Below are positions 1 to 12,089 of a stretch of DNA of 64,000 nt, in pieces. This DNA is from Squalus acanthias. Lineage: Eukaryota. The stretch spans positions 4,650,001 through 4,714,000 of the forward strand of contig CM059432.1 of NCBI GenBank assembly GCA_030390025.1. Direction: 5' to 3'. The position numbers and the translations under genes were made by a program. Every line of letters starts with the position of its first letter. The stretch's first letter is position 1. Below the pieces are notes generated by a model that did not search any database, was not told where the DNA came from, and saw only the letters and a program-made list of their open reading frames with translations.

Positions 1-120
1 AGAAGACCCTTAGCGGGGGCACCCGGCAACATGGGTAGTGATGTACATGGTCTTAATGTACATAGTTCTTGTATATAACGAAGCCAGACCTGTGGAGGTA
101 AACCCTCTCACAGAAAGGGA

Positions 121-141
121 TTGTTGCTTTTTGTTTCATAG
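121..141 (+). promoter_or_regulatory. Putative env splice acceptor
   Basis: Pyrimidine tract TTGTTGCTTTTTGTTTCATAG ends 15 nt before the env ATG at 157, the usual position for a retroviral env acceptor. Confidence 0.55.
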
Positions 142-156
142 GAAGCCGAGGACAGA

Positions 157-2482
157 ATGGAGACAGCCCTGAGACTGAGCGTGATCTTGATGTTGGCCGG
201 AACGGGGCACAGCAGGAGAGGGGACACCGAGTCGTCCCTCCTCTATGGCTGTACTGGGGGGGACGGACCCACTGTGACTAAGGGGGGTAGGAGGGGGGAC
301 ACAGACGGGATGGCAGCCTACTTCCACGAGGGAAGATGGCCAGGGTGGCTGGGGTCCAATTCGACGAAATACTCCAGCCACGCCGGGTTCACGTACGGGG
401 AGGCTTCCCTACCATGTCCCCAACTGAAGATCACAGCCACACGGGTTAGGGTGACCTTGGGCAAGCGCGTATGCTTAAGATGCAAGAGACACATTCCCCT
501 GGGACGGTGGTGGTGGCTTAGGAAGTTGAGTCAGGACAAGGGGAGCAGGTCAGCGGACTGTGAAAGACTGGGGAACGACACGTACCGACAGATCACGGGG
601 ACGAAGGGGGGAGTGGAAGTGTGCTGGAACAAGTGGTGGAAGGAGGAACAGGGGATTTATGTGTGTGTGTGGGGGTCAGAACGGATCTGCCCAGCGGGTG
701 TGTCGATTGCTTTCATACGGCAATGGCAGGATTCCGGGGCTGGTATGGGATGGGATCGGAGTTTGGATGCTTGCGTAGTCCCAGACCCTCCCAGCACAAT
801 AAATTCCACGGAACTGGTAGTGCACGATCGGAAGCCCTGCCCACAGCCCCACCGGTACAGGAGACAGAGGTAAGGTGTCCCACCACCACACCAGGCCCAG
901 GGAATGGTTTAGTTCTAGTCCTGAGCGGGAAGGTTTTATTCCAGGATGTACATTACGCAGCCGCGTCGGTCATCTTAAATTTAACCCGGGTGCAGCTGCC
1001 CGAGTGGTGTCCGAAGGAGACTGAGCAGTTTTACGAAGCCCTTATTAAAGAAATGTTCCGCCAATTTTTTGAGCTCACCTACAGGGATGTGAGTCGGGAG
1101 AAACTGTATGGCGTGGATGCGTACGATAGAGGCAATCCGGGTAGACAAAGGCGAGGGACGGTTAATGACATGGCCATGGGCTTTTAGCACGGGCACGTCC
1201 CTCGTCAATAGTATGGATGATATCCAGCTGCAGATGCAGATTAATAGTTTAAAGGACCAGCTGCGAAAGATACTGGGGGAAGGGAACAAGGTGGAAGGTT
1301 CGGAGCTAAAAGAAGACCAGGCGATGACCATTCATTTAAAAGAGGTCATCACTGAGCTGGAGACACACGCCAAGACCATCAACGATTTGATACGGGAGAA
1401 CAGGAATGCCTCGGCACAGGCAGCCAGAAGTGATGCGTGTGTGCTGTACGGTGCGTGGTTGCTAAACGAGGGACGCAGTAATCTGGAGGACTTACAACAA
1501 GGTCGCGTCCCATCGTGGGTTCGCAGCCGGCACCTCACAGCGCTCAGCCTGTATCATAATTCAATGAGCCCGTGTCAGCTCCGATTAGCTTCCGAAGCCT
1601 ACCCAGTCCCAGTTGATTGCGGACGGTCCAACCACACGGTTATGGGGATTGTACTGCGGATGCCGGTAATGGGCGGGTCACCGCAGCCAGTGCCGATATA
1701 CCGGGTCGATAACATTGGCGTCTTGAGGGACGGGGTGCATGTGCGGTATCATGGGGCCCCACCATTTGTTATAAAGTGGGAGCATGCCATGACCGGCACT
1801 GACCTCAAGGGGTGCCAGAGCAGGGGCGCACACGTGATATTGTGTCCCCAGCACCTGAACGCTTTCGATCGACCAGTGTGTGGGTTTGAATCGGAAAGTG
1901 CAGAGCCCATTAATTGCACCATGGAGGTGATGGCCCAGAGCCACGTTCCACCTCAGGTAGCACACGCGGGCGACGGGACGTACTGCGTCACGACAAGCGT
2001 GGACCAGTATCGGGTACACAACGACACTTGGTGCCCAGTCACCGATTCGACTTTCTGCTTCAAACCCCACACAGAAGTTCAAGTGGCGCAATAGCGCATC
2101 CTTCCCACTTCAGAGCCATCCACAGTACACCTCGTGGTAAACAACACGGTACAGAATCTGCAGCAGTACGTTACACGGTCCGGGTACGAGATACAGCTTC
2201 TGCCCGAACACCTCACAAAATTAATAAAAGCCGTTGAGCTGTCACAAAAACATTTTTACACGCTCGAACAGCGAAACCGGGACACGGGAGGAAATTAAAG
2301 GGATGATTTCCCCGCCCTGGTGGGACATTGGGTTAAATGTCGAGATCCCTCCATGGATCCGGGTATGTTCGCACGCTCTTGTAATTATACAGAGTTTGGT
2401 GGGATTGTACTTGTTACGGCTCTCCTGTAAAAAGCGAAGCAAGGCACTCCGAAGTCGTTGGCAGGCCCTGATTAAAGACTAA
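157..2482 (+). pseudogene. env: Envelope glycoprotein of ERV-A, frameshifted
   Basis: Signal peptide METALRLSVILMLAGTG, furin site RQRR/GTVNDMAMGF, heptad region LQMQINSLKDQLRKIL, Cys-rich ectodomain and TM segment WIRVCSHALVIIQSLVGLYLL. Spread over ORFs 157, 621, 1108 and 2234 (about 3 frameshifts plus a stop at 2092). Confidence 0.85.
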
Positions 2483-2662
2483 CCAGGAGTTTTGTTCTCT
2501 GTAAAAATGTATTATAAGTATGTATTTGTGATTAAAGAACAGAACCTGGGGATTTTAAAGGTAATGAACGGCTTGGTTGGGGCTCACGATGTTTCTACAC
2601 AGTGGAAGAAGACAAGGATGCTTGATATTCCAGTGGGGACATTGAAATATCAAAGGGGGGTC

Positions 2663-3732
2663 TGTAAGCATCAGCGCAGGCCCCAAGGATTTTTGTATCG
2701 GACATTTTTGTATGATTGTTACTGCTGATTGACCAGCAGCCTGTTTGGAGAAGATGGGAGGGGCCCAGGTGTTCGTGATGGACAGGAGATTGCAGCCAGG
2801 CCTACAAACTGATTACGGGAGAATGTCTGAGCAGACAGAGTTCTCTGGGAAACAATGGGCCCGGGTCGGTGACTCATACGGTAACGGGCAGAAGATGGAG
2901 GGCCATTGGAAACTAATGGGAAACCACTTAACCCGGGATCGGGTAAGAAGTGCAGCCCATCATCTGCCATTAACACTAGCAGCTCGATGGGATAGCCCCG
3001 AAAGGCGGGAAACCAGACAAAGAAGGGTGATTAAAAAGACATCACTGCAATACACAGACCTTAATGAACTTTTAAGGTATAAGAGAAGGCAGCTTTGGCC
3101 ATTCTCGCTCTCGCCTTCACGTGCCCTCATCTCTGAACCAAGAACCGAGCACTCTGTCCGGGACGGAGAGAAGAAACCACCACGAGCGACAAGAGCCTCG
3201 CCTTGCTCTTCGACTGTAGGAACGAACCTCGAAACTGGGACTTGGATACTGCATCGGCGATACGGAACCAGGAGACACGCTCTACACAGGGAGCAGCGAG
3301 CAAGAAAACGGACAATCGGGGTGAGCATTGTCCGAGCCCACGCATCCTTAAGACCACCGGTACTGTGTGAGGGGGTGTTGTGTGTCCCAACCAATCCAGA
3401 GGGGTTTAGTGGGGAGGTTCTGTGTGTATTATATAGTGTATGTTCCGGGGTTTGTGGGACAAGTCCATGTTATACTCTGTACAGCAACACAGTGTGATTT
3501 TAGGCATCTTAATACGAGACAGGGGCCTGTTCAACGGGCCAAGTTGTATTGTTGTACTGTTTGTTTTACGCCACCAGGCATTTTACATACTGGAGGCGGG
3601 TGTGTGTATTAACTTTATTAAACACCGTACGGTTGAGTCTGAAAAGCTTGTCTGTGTTCAAATCCTGTTCACCGTAATTCCTGTCGTCTGTAACTAAGTA
3701 GGAGAGGTGATTCGAACCACCAAGGCAAACCA
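2663..3732 (+). repeat. 3' LTR of ERV-A (about 1.07 kb; right end approximate)
   Basis: Starts TG 2 nt after the PPT; TATA-like GGTATAAG near 3076; ATTAAA near 3616; ends CA before CR1 sequence. Confidence 0.65.
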
Positions 3733-3849
3733 CCTGTTTATGCTCCACACGAGCCTCCTCCCTCCTCTCTTCATCTCACATTATCAGCATATCCTGCTAT
3801 TCCTTCCTCCCTCAATTTCTTATCTACTGTGATAATTAAGGGGGGCAGA

Positions 3850-4812
3850 GCTAGATAAGAAATTCCTTGAATGTAGGAAGCATGATTAAGAAATTTGCAA
3901 ATGATACAAAAATTGGCCGTGTGGTTGATAATGAAGAAGAAAGCTGTAGACTGCAGGAAGATAAGAATGGACTGGTCAGGTGGGTAGAACAGTGGCAAAT
4001 GGAATTCAATCCAGAGAAGTGTGAGGTAATGCATTTGGAGAGGGCTAACAAGGCAAGGGAATACACAATAAATGGTAGGATACTGAGAAATGCAGAAGAT
4101 CAGAGGAACCTTGGAGTGCATGTCCACAGATCCCTGAAGGTAGCAGGACAGACAGATAAGGTGGTTAAGAAGGCATACGGGATACTTGCCTTTATTAGCC
4201 AAGGCATAGAATATAAGAGCAGGGAGGTTATGCTTGAACTGTATAAAACACTAGTTAGGCCGCAGCTAGAATACTGCGTGCAGTTCTGGTCACCACATTA
4301 CAGGAAGGATGTGATTGCACTAGATAGGGTACAGAGGAGATTTATGAGGATGTTGCCAGGAGTGGAGAATTTTAGATATGAGGAAAGATTGGATAGGCTG
4401 GGTTGTTTTCTTTGGAACAGAGGAGGCTGAGGGGAGATTTAATTGAGGTGTATAAAATTATGAGGGGCCTAGATAGAGTGGATAGGAAGGACCTATTTCC
4501 CTTAGCAGAGAGGCCAATAACCAGGGGACACAGATTTAAAGTAATTGATAGAAGGATTAGAGGGGATTTGAGGAGAAATTTCTTCACCCAGAGGGTGGTG
4601 GGGGTCTGGAACTCACTGCCTGAAAGGGTGGTAGAGGCAGAAACCCTCATCACATTTAAACAGTACTTGGATATACACTTGAAGTGCCGTAACCTGCAGG
4701 GCTACGGACCAAGAGCTGGAAAGTGGGATTAGGCTGGAGAGCTCTTTGTCGGCCGGCACGGACAAGATGGGCCGAATGATCTCCTTCTGTGCTGTAAATT
4801 TCTATGATTCTA
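3850..4812 (+). mobile_element. CR1 LINE, 5'-truncated RT C-terminus plus 3' UTR
   Basis: KFANDTK, LYKTLVRPQLEYCVQFWSP, RRNFFTQRVVGVWNSLP; tail TTCTATGATTCTATG. Confidence 0.9.
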
Positions 4813-4817
4813 TGGTT

Positions 4818-5156
4818 CATAGGATTACATAGGATATACGGCACAGAAACAGGCCATTCGGCCCAACCAGTCCGTGCCAGCGTTTATGCTGCACACGAGC
4901 ATCCTCCCGTCTTTCATCATCTAACCCTATCAACATAATCCTTTATTCCCATCTCCCTCATATGCTTGTCTAGCCTCCTCTTAAATGTATCTATACTATT
5001 CGCTTCAACCACTCCCTGTGGTAGCGAGTTCCACATTCTCACCACTCTTTGGGTAAAGAAGTTTCTTCTGAATTCCCTATTTGATTTCTTATCTTATATC
5101 TTATATCGATGGCCTCTAGCTTTGCTCCACCCACGAGTAGAAACACTCTCTCTGTC
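4818..5156 (-). mobile_element. CR1 3' part; appears to continue at 19791-20067
   Basis: Reverse-complement CR1 3' UTR and FFTQRVV-coding region, interrupted by the RTE tail. Confidence 0.8.
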
Positions 5157-5986
5157 TTCTTCTTCTTAGGCAGTTCCTCAGTACCGAAGATGACTTGCTT
5201 CCACATTAAAAATTAGTTCTCAGGTGACTGATGACTCCAATGCGGGACCTACAGTCTCTGTCACAGGTGGGGCAGACGGTGGTTGAAGGGGCGGGTGGGT
5301 GGGGTGCTTGGGTTGACGTGCGCTCCTTCCGCTGTTTGCGCTTGGCTTCTGCTTGTTCCCGGCGAAGAGACTCGAGGTATTCGGCGCCTTCCCAGATGCT
5401 TCTCCTCCACTTTGTGCAGTCTTGGGCCAGGGATTCCCAGGTGTCGGTGGGGATGTTGCACTTTTTCAAGGAGGCTTTGAGGGTGTCCTTGAAGCGTTTC
5501 CTCTGCCCACCTGGGGCTCTCTTGCCGTGTCGGAGCTCCGAGTAGAGCGCTTGTTTTGAGAGTCTTGTATCAGGCATGCGGACGATGTGACCCATCCATC
5601 GGAGCTGATCGAGCGTGGTCAAAGCTTCGATGCTGGGGATGTTGGCCTGAGCGAGAACACTGACGTTGGTGCGCCTATCCTGCCAATGGATTTGCAGGAT
5701 CTTGCGGAGGCAGCGTTGGTGGTACCTCTCCAGTGCTTTGAGGTGCCTGCTGTACATGGTCCATGTCTCTGAGGCATACAGGAGGGCGGGTATTACTACT
5801 GCTCTGTAGACCATGAGCTTGGTGCCGTGTTTGAGGTCCTGGTCTTCAAACACTCTCTTCCTCAGGTGACCGAAGGCTGCACTGGCACACTGAAGGCGGT
5901 GTTGGACTTCGTCATCGACGTCTGCCCTTTTTGACAGTAGGCTCCCGAGGTATGGAAAGTGGTCCACGTTTTCCAAGGCTTTGTCC
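5157..5986 (-). mobile_element. RTE-clade LINE 3' segment with (GAA)n tail
   Basis: ORF 5206-6015: LENVDHFPYLGS, LLYASETW, QLRWMGHIVRMPD, C-terminal CPTC..H zinc finger; TCTTCTTCTTC tail. Confidence 0.9.
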
Positions 5987-6231
5987 GAGGTCGGGAGGAT
6001 CACAATGCATCCCACGAAACCCAGGCAGAGCGGACCTGCGGGAAGGAGGGAGGAGGAGAGTAGGAGTATGTTTGTGTGTGTGTGCTAGGCCGATGTAGCA
6101 GAGCCTGGTCTCCAATCGTCTTGGATCCCCTTGCCATTGGACCAAGACCTTGCTCTGTCAAGCCCATGTGGTAGCTGGTGTGCTGCGGCTACATCGCGTT
6201 AAAAGAATTCACACACAGGCATCTTCCACCC
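5987..6231 (+). mobile_element. RTE LINE 5' UTR, split from its ORF by ERV-B
   Basis: Removing the provirus and one CACCC joins this segment to TTTAAAATG of the RTE ORF at 17849. Confidence 0.65.
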
Positions 6232-6662
6232 TGTTAGAGCGGACTCCGATTTCGTCCCTCTCAGTCAAGACAGACGATGGTAGATAGGTTCACAACGATC
6301 TTTATTCAAGCATATGCAGGGGAAGACTCTCACTTGACAGCTTCAAGTGGGACTTCGCCGATCTCTCTCATTTCATTTACTTATATACATTTGTTATTGC
6401 TTATGCAAGCTATTACAAAATATCACGTGCTAGTCACACTATTTGTTTATGCTATCACATTGCCCATGTTAGGGGTCTCTATCCATGAGTTGCACTCCTT
6501 AGTTCCCTGGTGATTTAATCCTTTGCTCGGTGACTATTCTTTTGCACATATATTATTAGGTTTTGACTTGTTTTTCACATTTTATCACACCACCCTCGTT
6601 AACCTCTAAAGTTCTTTATTGTTTGGTCAATCAGTAGTGTTTACTTGTTAATTACCCTTACA
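6232..6662 (-). repeat. 3' LTR of ERV-B
   Basis: Direct repeat of 17407-17837 with about 9 substitutions by eye. Minus-strand TATATAA near 6381-6387 and AATAAA at 6301-6306. Confidence 0.95.
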
Positions 6663-6663
6663 A

Positions 6664-6675
6664 TTCCCCCCTTTT
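6664..6675 (-). promoter_or_regulatory. Polypurine tract of ERV-B
   Basis: AAAAGGGGGGAA just upstream of the 3' LTR on the minus strand. Confidence 0.9.
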
Positions 6676-7508
6676 GGCCCTTGGCTCAGCCCATACAGGC
6701 CAACATAAGTATATTTGTTAGTAGTTGAGATGTTAGTACCTGATTTCCCTTTCCCGTCGGTGGCCAGCCTTCGGTCGTAGGGTCCTCCAGTCACTCCCAT
6801 CTAAACTGGCATCTCAGACCAATTTTCCTCCAGATTCTTTTTCCCTTCATCATTTACCAGTGGTGTGATTTCTTCAACTATACCACTAATTAGTCTTTGT
6901 CTTTTGCGAGGTTTATATTTTAAACAACAATCCAGTAACAAATAACATATCATACACATCTGGATTGTTACTAATACATGGGATATTATTCTGATCCATG
7001 GATGGACCTGTACATTCATACCCCAGTTCCTTAAATTTGTATACCATGGAGTTGCTTTCCAGATTTCAGCGACCTCTTCCTTAAGATCATTAATCTTCTT
7101 GCTCAACCTTATGTATGCCCCGTGTCGTTTCTCAAGTGCCCGTTGCAGCTCTTTATCTTCTTCATCTACGTATGGGATGGTTGGTCCTTCTTTAGGTAGA
7201 AATTGTTCCAAATCTCCGACCATTTTGTATCATCGAGAGTAACATTGATCTCAATGTCCTTCAACCTCATTGAGATAATCTGATCTCCGATCTGCGTTTT
7301 TTCTTTTGGGTCAAAACAAAAGTCTGTCACTGTAATATTACAGGTGGTTGTCCCATATGTGTAACTGTTCTTTTTAGTGCTCACACACCATGTCCATTTA
7401 CCAGGTCCCAACGGGGCCATCCTGGTTATTTCTCCGGATTCCAGTGATGTGACCTTTAGCATGCATCCCTCCGTCCGACTTATTCCGCAATAGCCTCTCC
7501 GTGACATT

Positions 7509-8252
7509 GGCCCAAAAATTAGTGAGGGCGCCTTCGTGCGAGGGTAAGGCTTCCCCGCGATCTCTCACTGCGCGCTGGCTTTTTCATTCCCAGCTCGCAC
7601 GAACTTGATGTTCTGGACAGCAGCTGTGCAGGGCTTCCGTATCCCACAAGCGCAGTTAATTCGTGCGAGCTGTGGGATCACGTGACTCAGTTAGAGCCAA
7701 TGGCAGCACACCATCTTTCATTCATAGCTTTCACAACAAGTGCTGTGAAAGCTATGAATCTATACCCCCCCAAAAGAACAGCTAAACCTCAATTAAATTT
7801 TAAAAAAAAACCATCACATTAATAAAATAAGTATAGTTAAATAAATTAACCATTTTAAACAAAAAATTAAATTTTTCAAAAAATTTAAAATCTTTTAAAA
7901 AGTTATAAAAATAAACTTACCTTTCTTTAAAGTCTCTAAAAAAGATATACCTGTTGAAATTTTTTTTAAATAATACTTAATTAACTACTTACCTTTTTAA
8001 AAGAGGGTCTTACGCCTCCTTTCTTTATGTGCAAAATCTTCCATACTTACCTGCGCGTTCAAAGCACTAAGTGCACTGTGTGCGCGCAGCCTGTAGCGCG
8101 CACGCGGTTCACCTAGGAACCGCCCCCTTTTGAAATCACCAAGTGCCGGTTTTCAGCGCATGCGCAGTGCATGCAGAAAACCGGCAATTGGAGACAGAAT
8201 ATGCGAGAGTACACAGTGCGTACTCTCGCGTAGCAACACTAATTTTTGGGCC
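7509..8252. mobile_element. MITE with 3-bp TSD (Harbinger-like), copy 1, inserted in env
   Basis: 16-bp TIR GGCCCAAAAATTAGTG/CACTAATTTTTGGGCC, TSD ATT, close match to 10766-11507. Confidence 0.9.
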
Positions 8253-8367
8253 ATTGTCCATTCTTGTGGGCACAAGAGATGTTTGTTCTTCCAGGCACAC
8301 TGTTCGGTTCTCACTCCTTGTTTGGTAAAGTTTTGGTCGACCTGTGGTTGAGGTAAGGGTTTGTTAT

Positions 8368-8755
8368 AAAATTGTAAAATTCTAACAGAGCTAGACAGAC
8401 TGGATGCAGGAAGGATGTTCCCGATGGTGGGTGAGTCCAGAACAAGAGGTCACAGTCTAAAGATAAGGGGTAAGCCATTTAGGACAGACATGAGGAGGAA
8501 TTTCTTCACCCAGAGAGTGGTGAACCTGTGGAATTCTATACCACAGAAGGCAGTTGAGGCCAATTCATTAAATAGATTCAAGGATGAGTTAGATATATTT
8601 CTTAAGGCTAAAGGTATCAAGGGATATGGGGAGAAGGCAGGGACAGGGTACGGAGTTTGGATGATTAGCCATGATCTCATCGAATGGCGGAGCAGGCTCG
8701 AGGGGCCGAATGGCCTACTCCTGCTCCTATCTTCTAAGTTTCTATGTTTCTATGT
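8368..8755 (+). mobile_element. CR1 3' fragment inserted in env
   Basis: RRNFFTQRVVNLWNS, tail TTTCTATG repeats, apparent TSD GTTTGTTAT. Confidence 0.9.
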
Positions 8756-9930
8756 TTGTTATCTCTCCCTACGTTTACTGCATAATCTGGTACTTCATGG
8801 TATTTTATCCTTGTTTTATTTTTAATTTCTCCTATATTGTGGACTCTCAGTAGTTTACTAGCCTTATCTATATCTACTTGTGGTATTGCTAGTACAACTC
8901 CAATAATAGCTTCATGTCCTGTGAGACATTACCCATGCCGTACAGAGGGTTCTAATTTTACATGTTTTTGACTTATTTTTATTCTTAGTCCATTGTGTCA
9001 GTACATTATTACTCACCCAGTCAGGCACTTGGTGAATCTGCATCTGTTCCAAATTCTTAGCTACTTCCAGTCCCCGTAAGCTGCACATATATTAGCTTTG
9101 TTTTGCTCTTTAGTTTCATTACGTTCTGCACCTATTGATTTATTAATTGTTCTGGCATGTGTCTTTAAAATGTCATTTATTGTAAACAGTTCCTCATTAG
9201 TTCCACTTCCTAGTTCGCTCACTTGGCTGGTAACACTAGTTTCTTTACTCATGATTTCTTTCATTCTTTTTTCCATTTGTTGTACAGAATCATACATATT
9301 TCTTAGATCTATGGTATGTACAGTGGCTACTCCTGCTGCATACACTGCTCCTGCCATTTCTATTGTCCCTCGTTTGCTCCGCTTAGAGGGTTTTTGTTCC
9401 TTCTTTAGGCGCTTTGTCAGGTTTTTGTATAAAGTTCTGATATTTTCTTGACACATTTCTGGCAGTTGTAATTCAGATAGGTTGATATACATTTTCACCA
9501 ATTGGGTTGATACTCCAAAGTTGACGAGTAGCTCGTCAACTTCATAGACCAAACCTCCCTTTACTCCAGGCCTCACACTAGGGCACACTGGGTCAGGGAT
9601 TTCTGTGGTGGTTGGCATCTCTGTAATGGTACTGGGAGTTGTGGGTTTTGGTCTCGGGCCCTTACTAACCACCCATATTAGGTCTCGGCAACCTCCTAAT
9701 CCATTTGTACATCCATACTTGGTTGTACCATTTATGTCACCTGATGATATTTTGTGTGGATACTTCCCTGAGCATTGCACACAATCTATCTCGTTGTCAT
9801 ATGCCTCATACCAGGTTGCCATACTTGTACATATCACCCATTTAGTCCCGTTCGTTATTCTATTTTCCCCAGTCGTTATCCCCGGACCTGCTATCCCAGT
9901 ATTCATCTTTTCCTCATTCCTTTGAGTTCT

Positions 9931-10762
9931 AAACATAGAAGATAGGAGCAGGAGTAGGCCATTCGGCCCCTCAAGCCTGCTCCGCCATTCAATGCGATCA
10001 TGGCTGATCATCCAAATTCAGTACCCTGTCCCTGCTTTCTCCCCATATCCCTTGGTCCCTTTAGCCTTAAGAAATATATCTAACTCCTTCTTGAATATAT
10101 TTAATGAATTGGCCTCAACTGCCTTCTGTGGTAGAGAATTCCACAGGTTCACCACTCTCTGGGTGAAGAAATTCCTCCTCATCTCAGTCCTAAATGGCTT
10201 ACCCCTTATCCTTAGACTGTGACCCCTGGTTCTGGACTCCCCGGCCATCGGGAACATCCTTCCTGCATCTAGTCTGTCTAGTCCTGTTAGAATTTTATAA
10301 GTTTCAATGAGATCCCCTCTCATTCTTCTAAACTCTCGTGAATATAAGCCTAATCGACCCAATCTCTCTTCATACGTCATTCCTGCCATCCCAGGTATCA
10401 GTCTGGTGAATCTTCGCTGCACTCCCTCCATGGCAAGAACATCCTTTCTCAGATAAGGCGACCAAAACTGCACACAATACTCAAGGTGTGGTCTCACCAA
10501 GGCCCTGTACAACTGCAGCAAGACATCCTTGCTCCTGTACTCGAATCCTCTTGCTATGAAGGCCAACATACCATTTGCCTTCTTAACCGCCTGCTGCACC
10601 TGCATACTTACCTTCAGCAACTGGTGCACAAGGACACCCAGGTCTCGTTGCACTTCCCCTTTTCCCAATCTATTGCCGTTCAGATAATAATCTGCCTTCC
10701 TGTTTTGGGCACCAAAGTGGATAACCTCGCATTTATCCACATATGTTTCTATGTTTCTATGT
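9931..10762 (-). mobile_element. CR1 5'-truncated copy between IN and env, with an inverted tail microsatellite at its 5' end
   Basis: ORF 10018-10740 is an uninterrupted CR1 RT C-terminus; 10743-10762 ATGTTTCTATGTTTCTATGT is the tail repeat in the opposite orientation. Confidence 0.9.
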
Positions 10763-10765
10763 AAT

Positions 10766-11507
10766 GGCCCAAAAATTAGTGAGTGAGCCTTCGTGCGAGG
10801 GTAAGGTCTCCCCGCGATCTCTCACTGTGCGCTGGCTTTTTCAGTCCGAGCTCGCACGAACTTGATGTTCTGGACAGCAGCTGTGCAGGGCTTTCGTATC
10901 CCACAGGCGCAGTTAATTCGTGCGAGCTGTGGGATCACGTGACTCAGTTAGCGCCAATGGCAGCACACCATCTTTCATTCATAGCTTTCACAGCACGGCT
11001 GTGAAAGCTATGAATACTATACCCCCCCAAAAGAACAGCTAAACCTCAGTTAAATTTTTTTTAAAACCATCACATTAATAAAATAAGTATAGTTAAATAA
11101 ATTAACCATTTTAAACAAAAAATTAAATTTTTGAAAAAATTTAAAATCTTTCAAAAAGTTATAAAAATAAACTTACCTGTCTTTAAAGTCTCTAAAAAAG
11201 ATATACCTGTTAAAAAAATTCAAAATAATACTTAATTAAGTACTTACCTTGTGAAAAGAGGGTCTTACGCCTCCTTTCTTTATGTCTAAAATCTTCCATG
11301 CTTACCTGCGCGTCCAAAGCATTAAGTGCACTGCGTGCGCGCAGCCTGTAGCGCGCACGCGGTTCACCTAGGAACCGCCCCCTTTTGAATTCACCAAGTG
11401 CCGGTTTTCAGCGCATGCGCAGTGCATGCAGAAAACCGGCAATTGGAGACAGAATACGCGAGAGTACACAGTGCGTACTCTCGCGTAGCGGCACTAATTT
11501 TTGGGCC
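10766..11507. mobile_element. MITE copy 2, inserted in integrase
   Basis: Same 16-bp TIR as 7509-8252; TSD AAT. Confidence 0.9.
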
Positions 11508-12089
11508 AATACATCAGCCCATCCTTTTCCTGACTCATGTATGCTTTTGGCCAATGCTAACTTTAGGGTGCGGTTCATTCTTTCTACCATCCCCGAGCTC
11601 TGCAGGTGGTATGGTATGCGATACTTCTGTTTGATACCCAGAAACTTACAAGTTTCCTTAATTACCTTTCCTGTGAAGTGCGTGCCTTGGTCTGAGTCCA
11701 TTTGTAGGGTTACACCCCATCTCGGCACGATTTCCTCTGCCATAATTTTGGCTACTGTAGTGGCTGAGCAATCTCGTGTTGCAAATGCCTCTACCCAACG
11801 AGTAAATTGATCAATTACTACTCGGCAATAGGTTTTGCCTCTACTGTTTGGTAGTGGGCCAGTAAAATCAATCTGTAAATTCTCCCATGGTCCTTTGGGC
11901 CTGGATTGATGGCTTATTCTGATTTTTACAGGTCTTCCTGGGTCGTGTTGTGCGCAAGTAACACATCTATGGCAATATTTTGCCACATCCTTTCCCATAC
12001 CCGGCCACCACCAACATCTCCTCATGTTGTATAACATGTTGTCTCTCCCTTGGTGTTGGCGGCCATGGTATAGTTCTAACAGCTGCTGT

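Larger units (their letters stand above)
1..3732 (+). mobile_element. Endogenous retrovirus ERV-A, 3' part (probable pol end, env, PPT, 3' LTR); runs off the left window edge
   Basis: Env-like reading frames 157-2482, polypurine tract AAAGGGGGG at 2652-2660, LTR starting TGTAAG at 2663. CR1 sequence resumes near 3733. Confidence 0.85.
6801..9930 (-). pseudogene. env: Envelope glycoprotein of ERV-B; N-terminus lost, interrupted by a MITE and a CR1
   Basis: Furin site RSKR/GTIEMAGAVYAAGVATV, heptad repeats, Cys-rich region and TM WIRIISHVLVTIQMCMICYLLL; collinear motifs shared with ERV-A Env. Confidence 0.85.

Noticed and set aside
2745..3497. 250-aa ORF in the ERV-A LTR as an accessory gene
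   Set aside because: It has a non-ATG start, no recognisable motif, and crosses the presumed TATA region. It cannot be supported without conservation across copies.
9061..10011. 316-aa ORF as an intact env gene
   Set aside because: Its N-terminus comes from the CR1 3' UTR, and the env portion lacks a signal peptide and is broken downstream.
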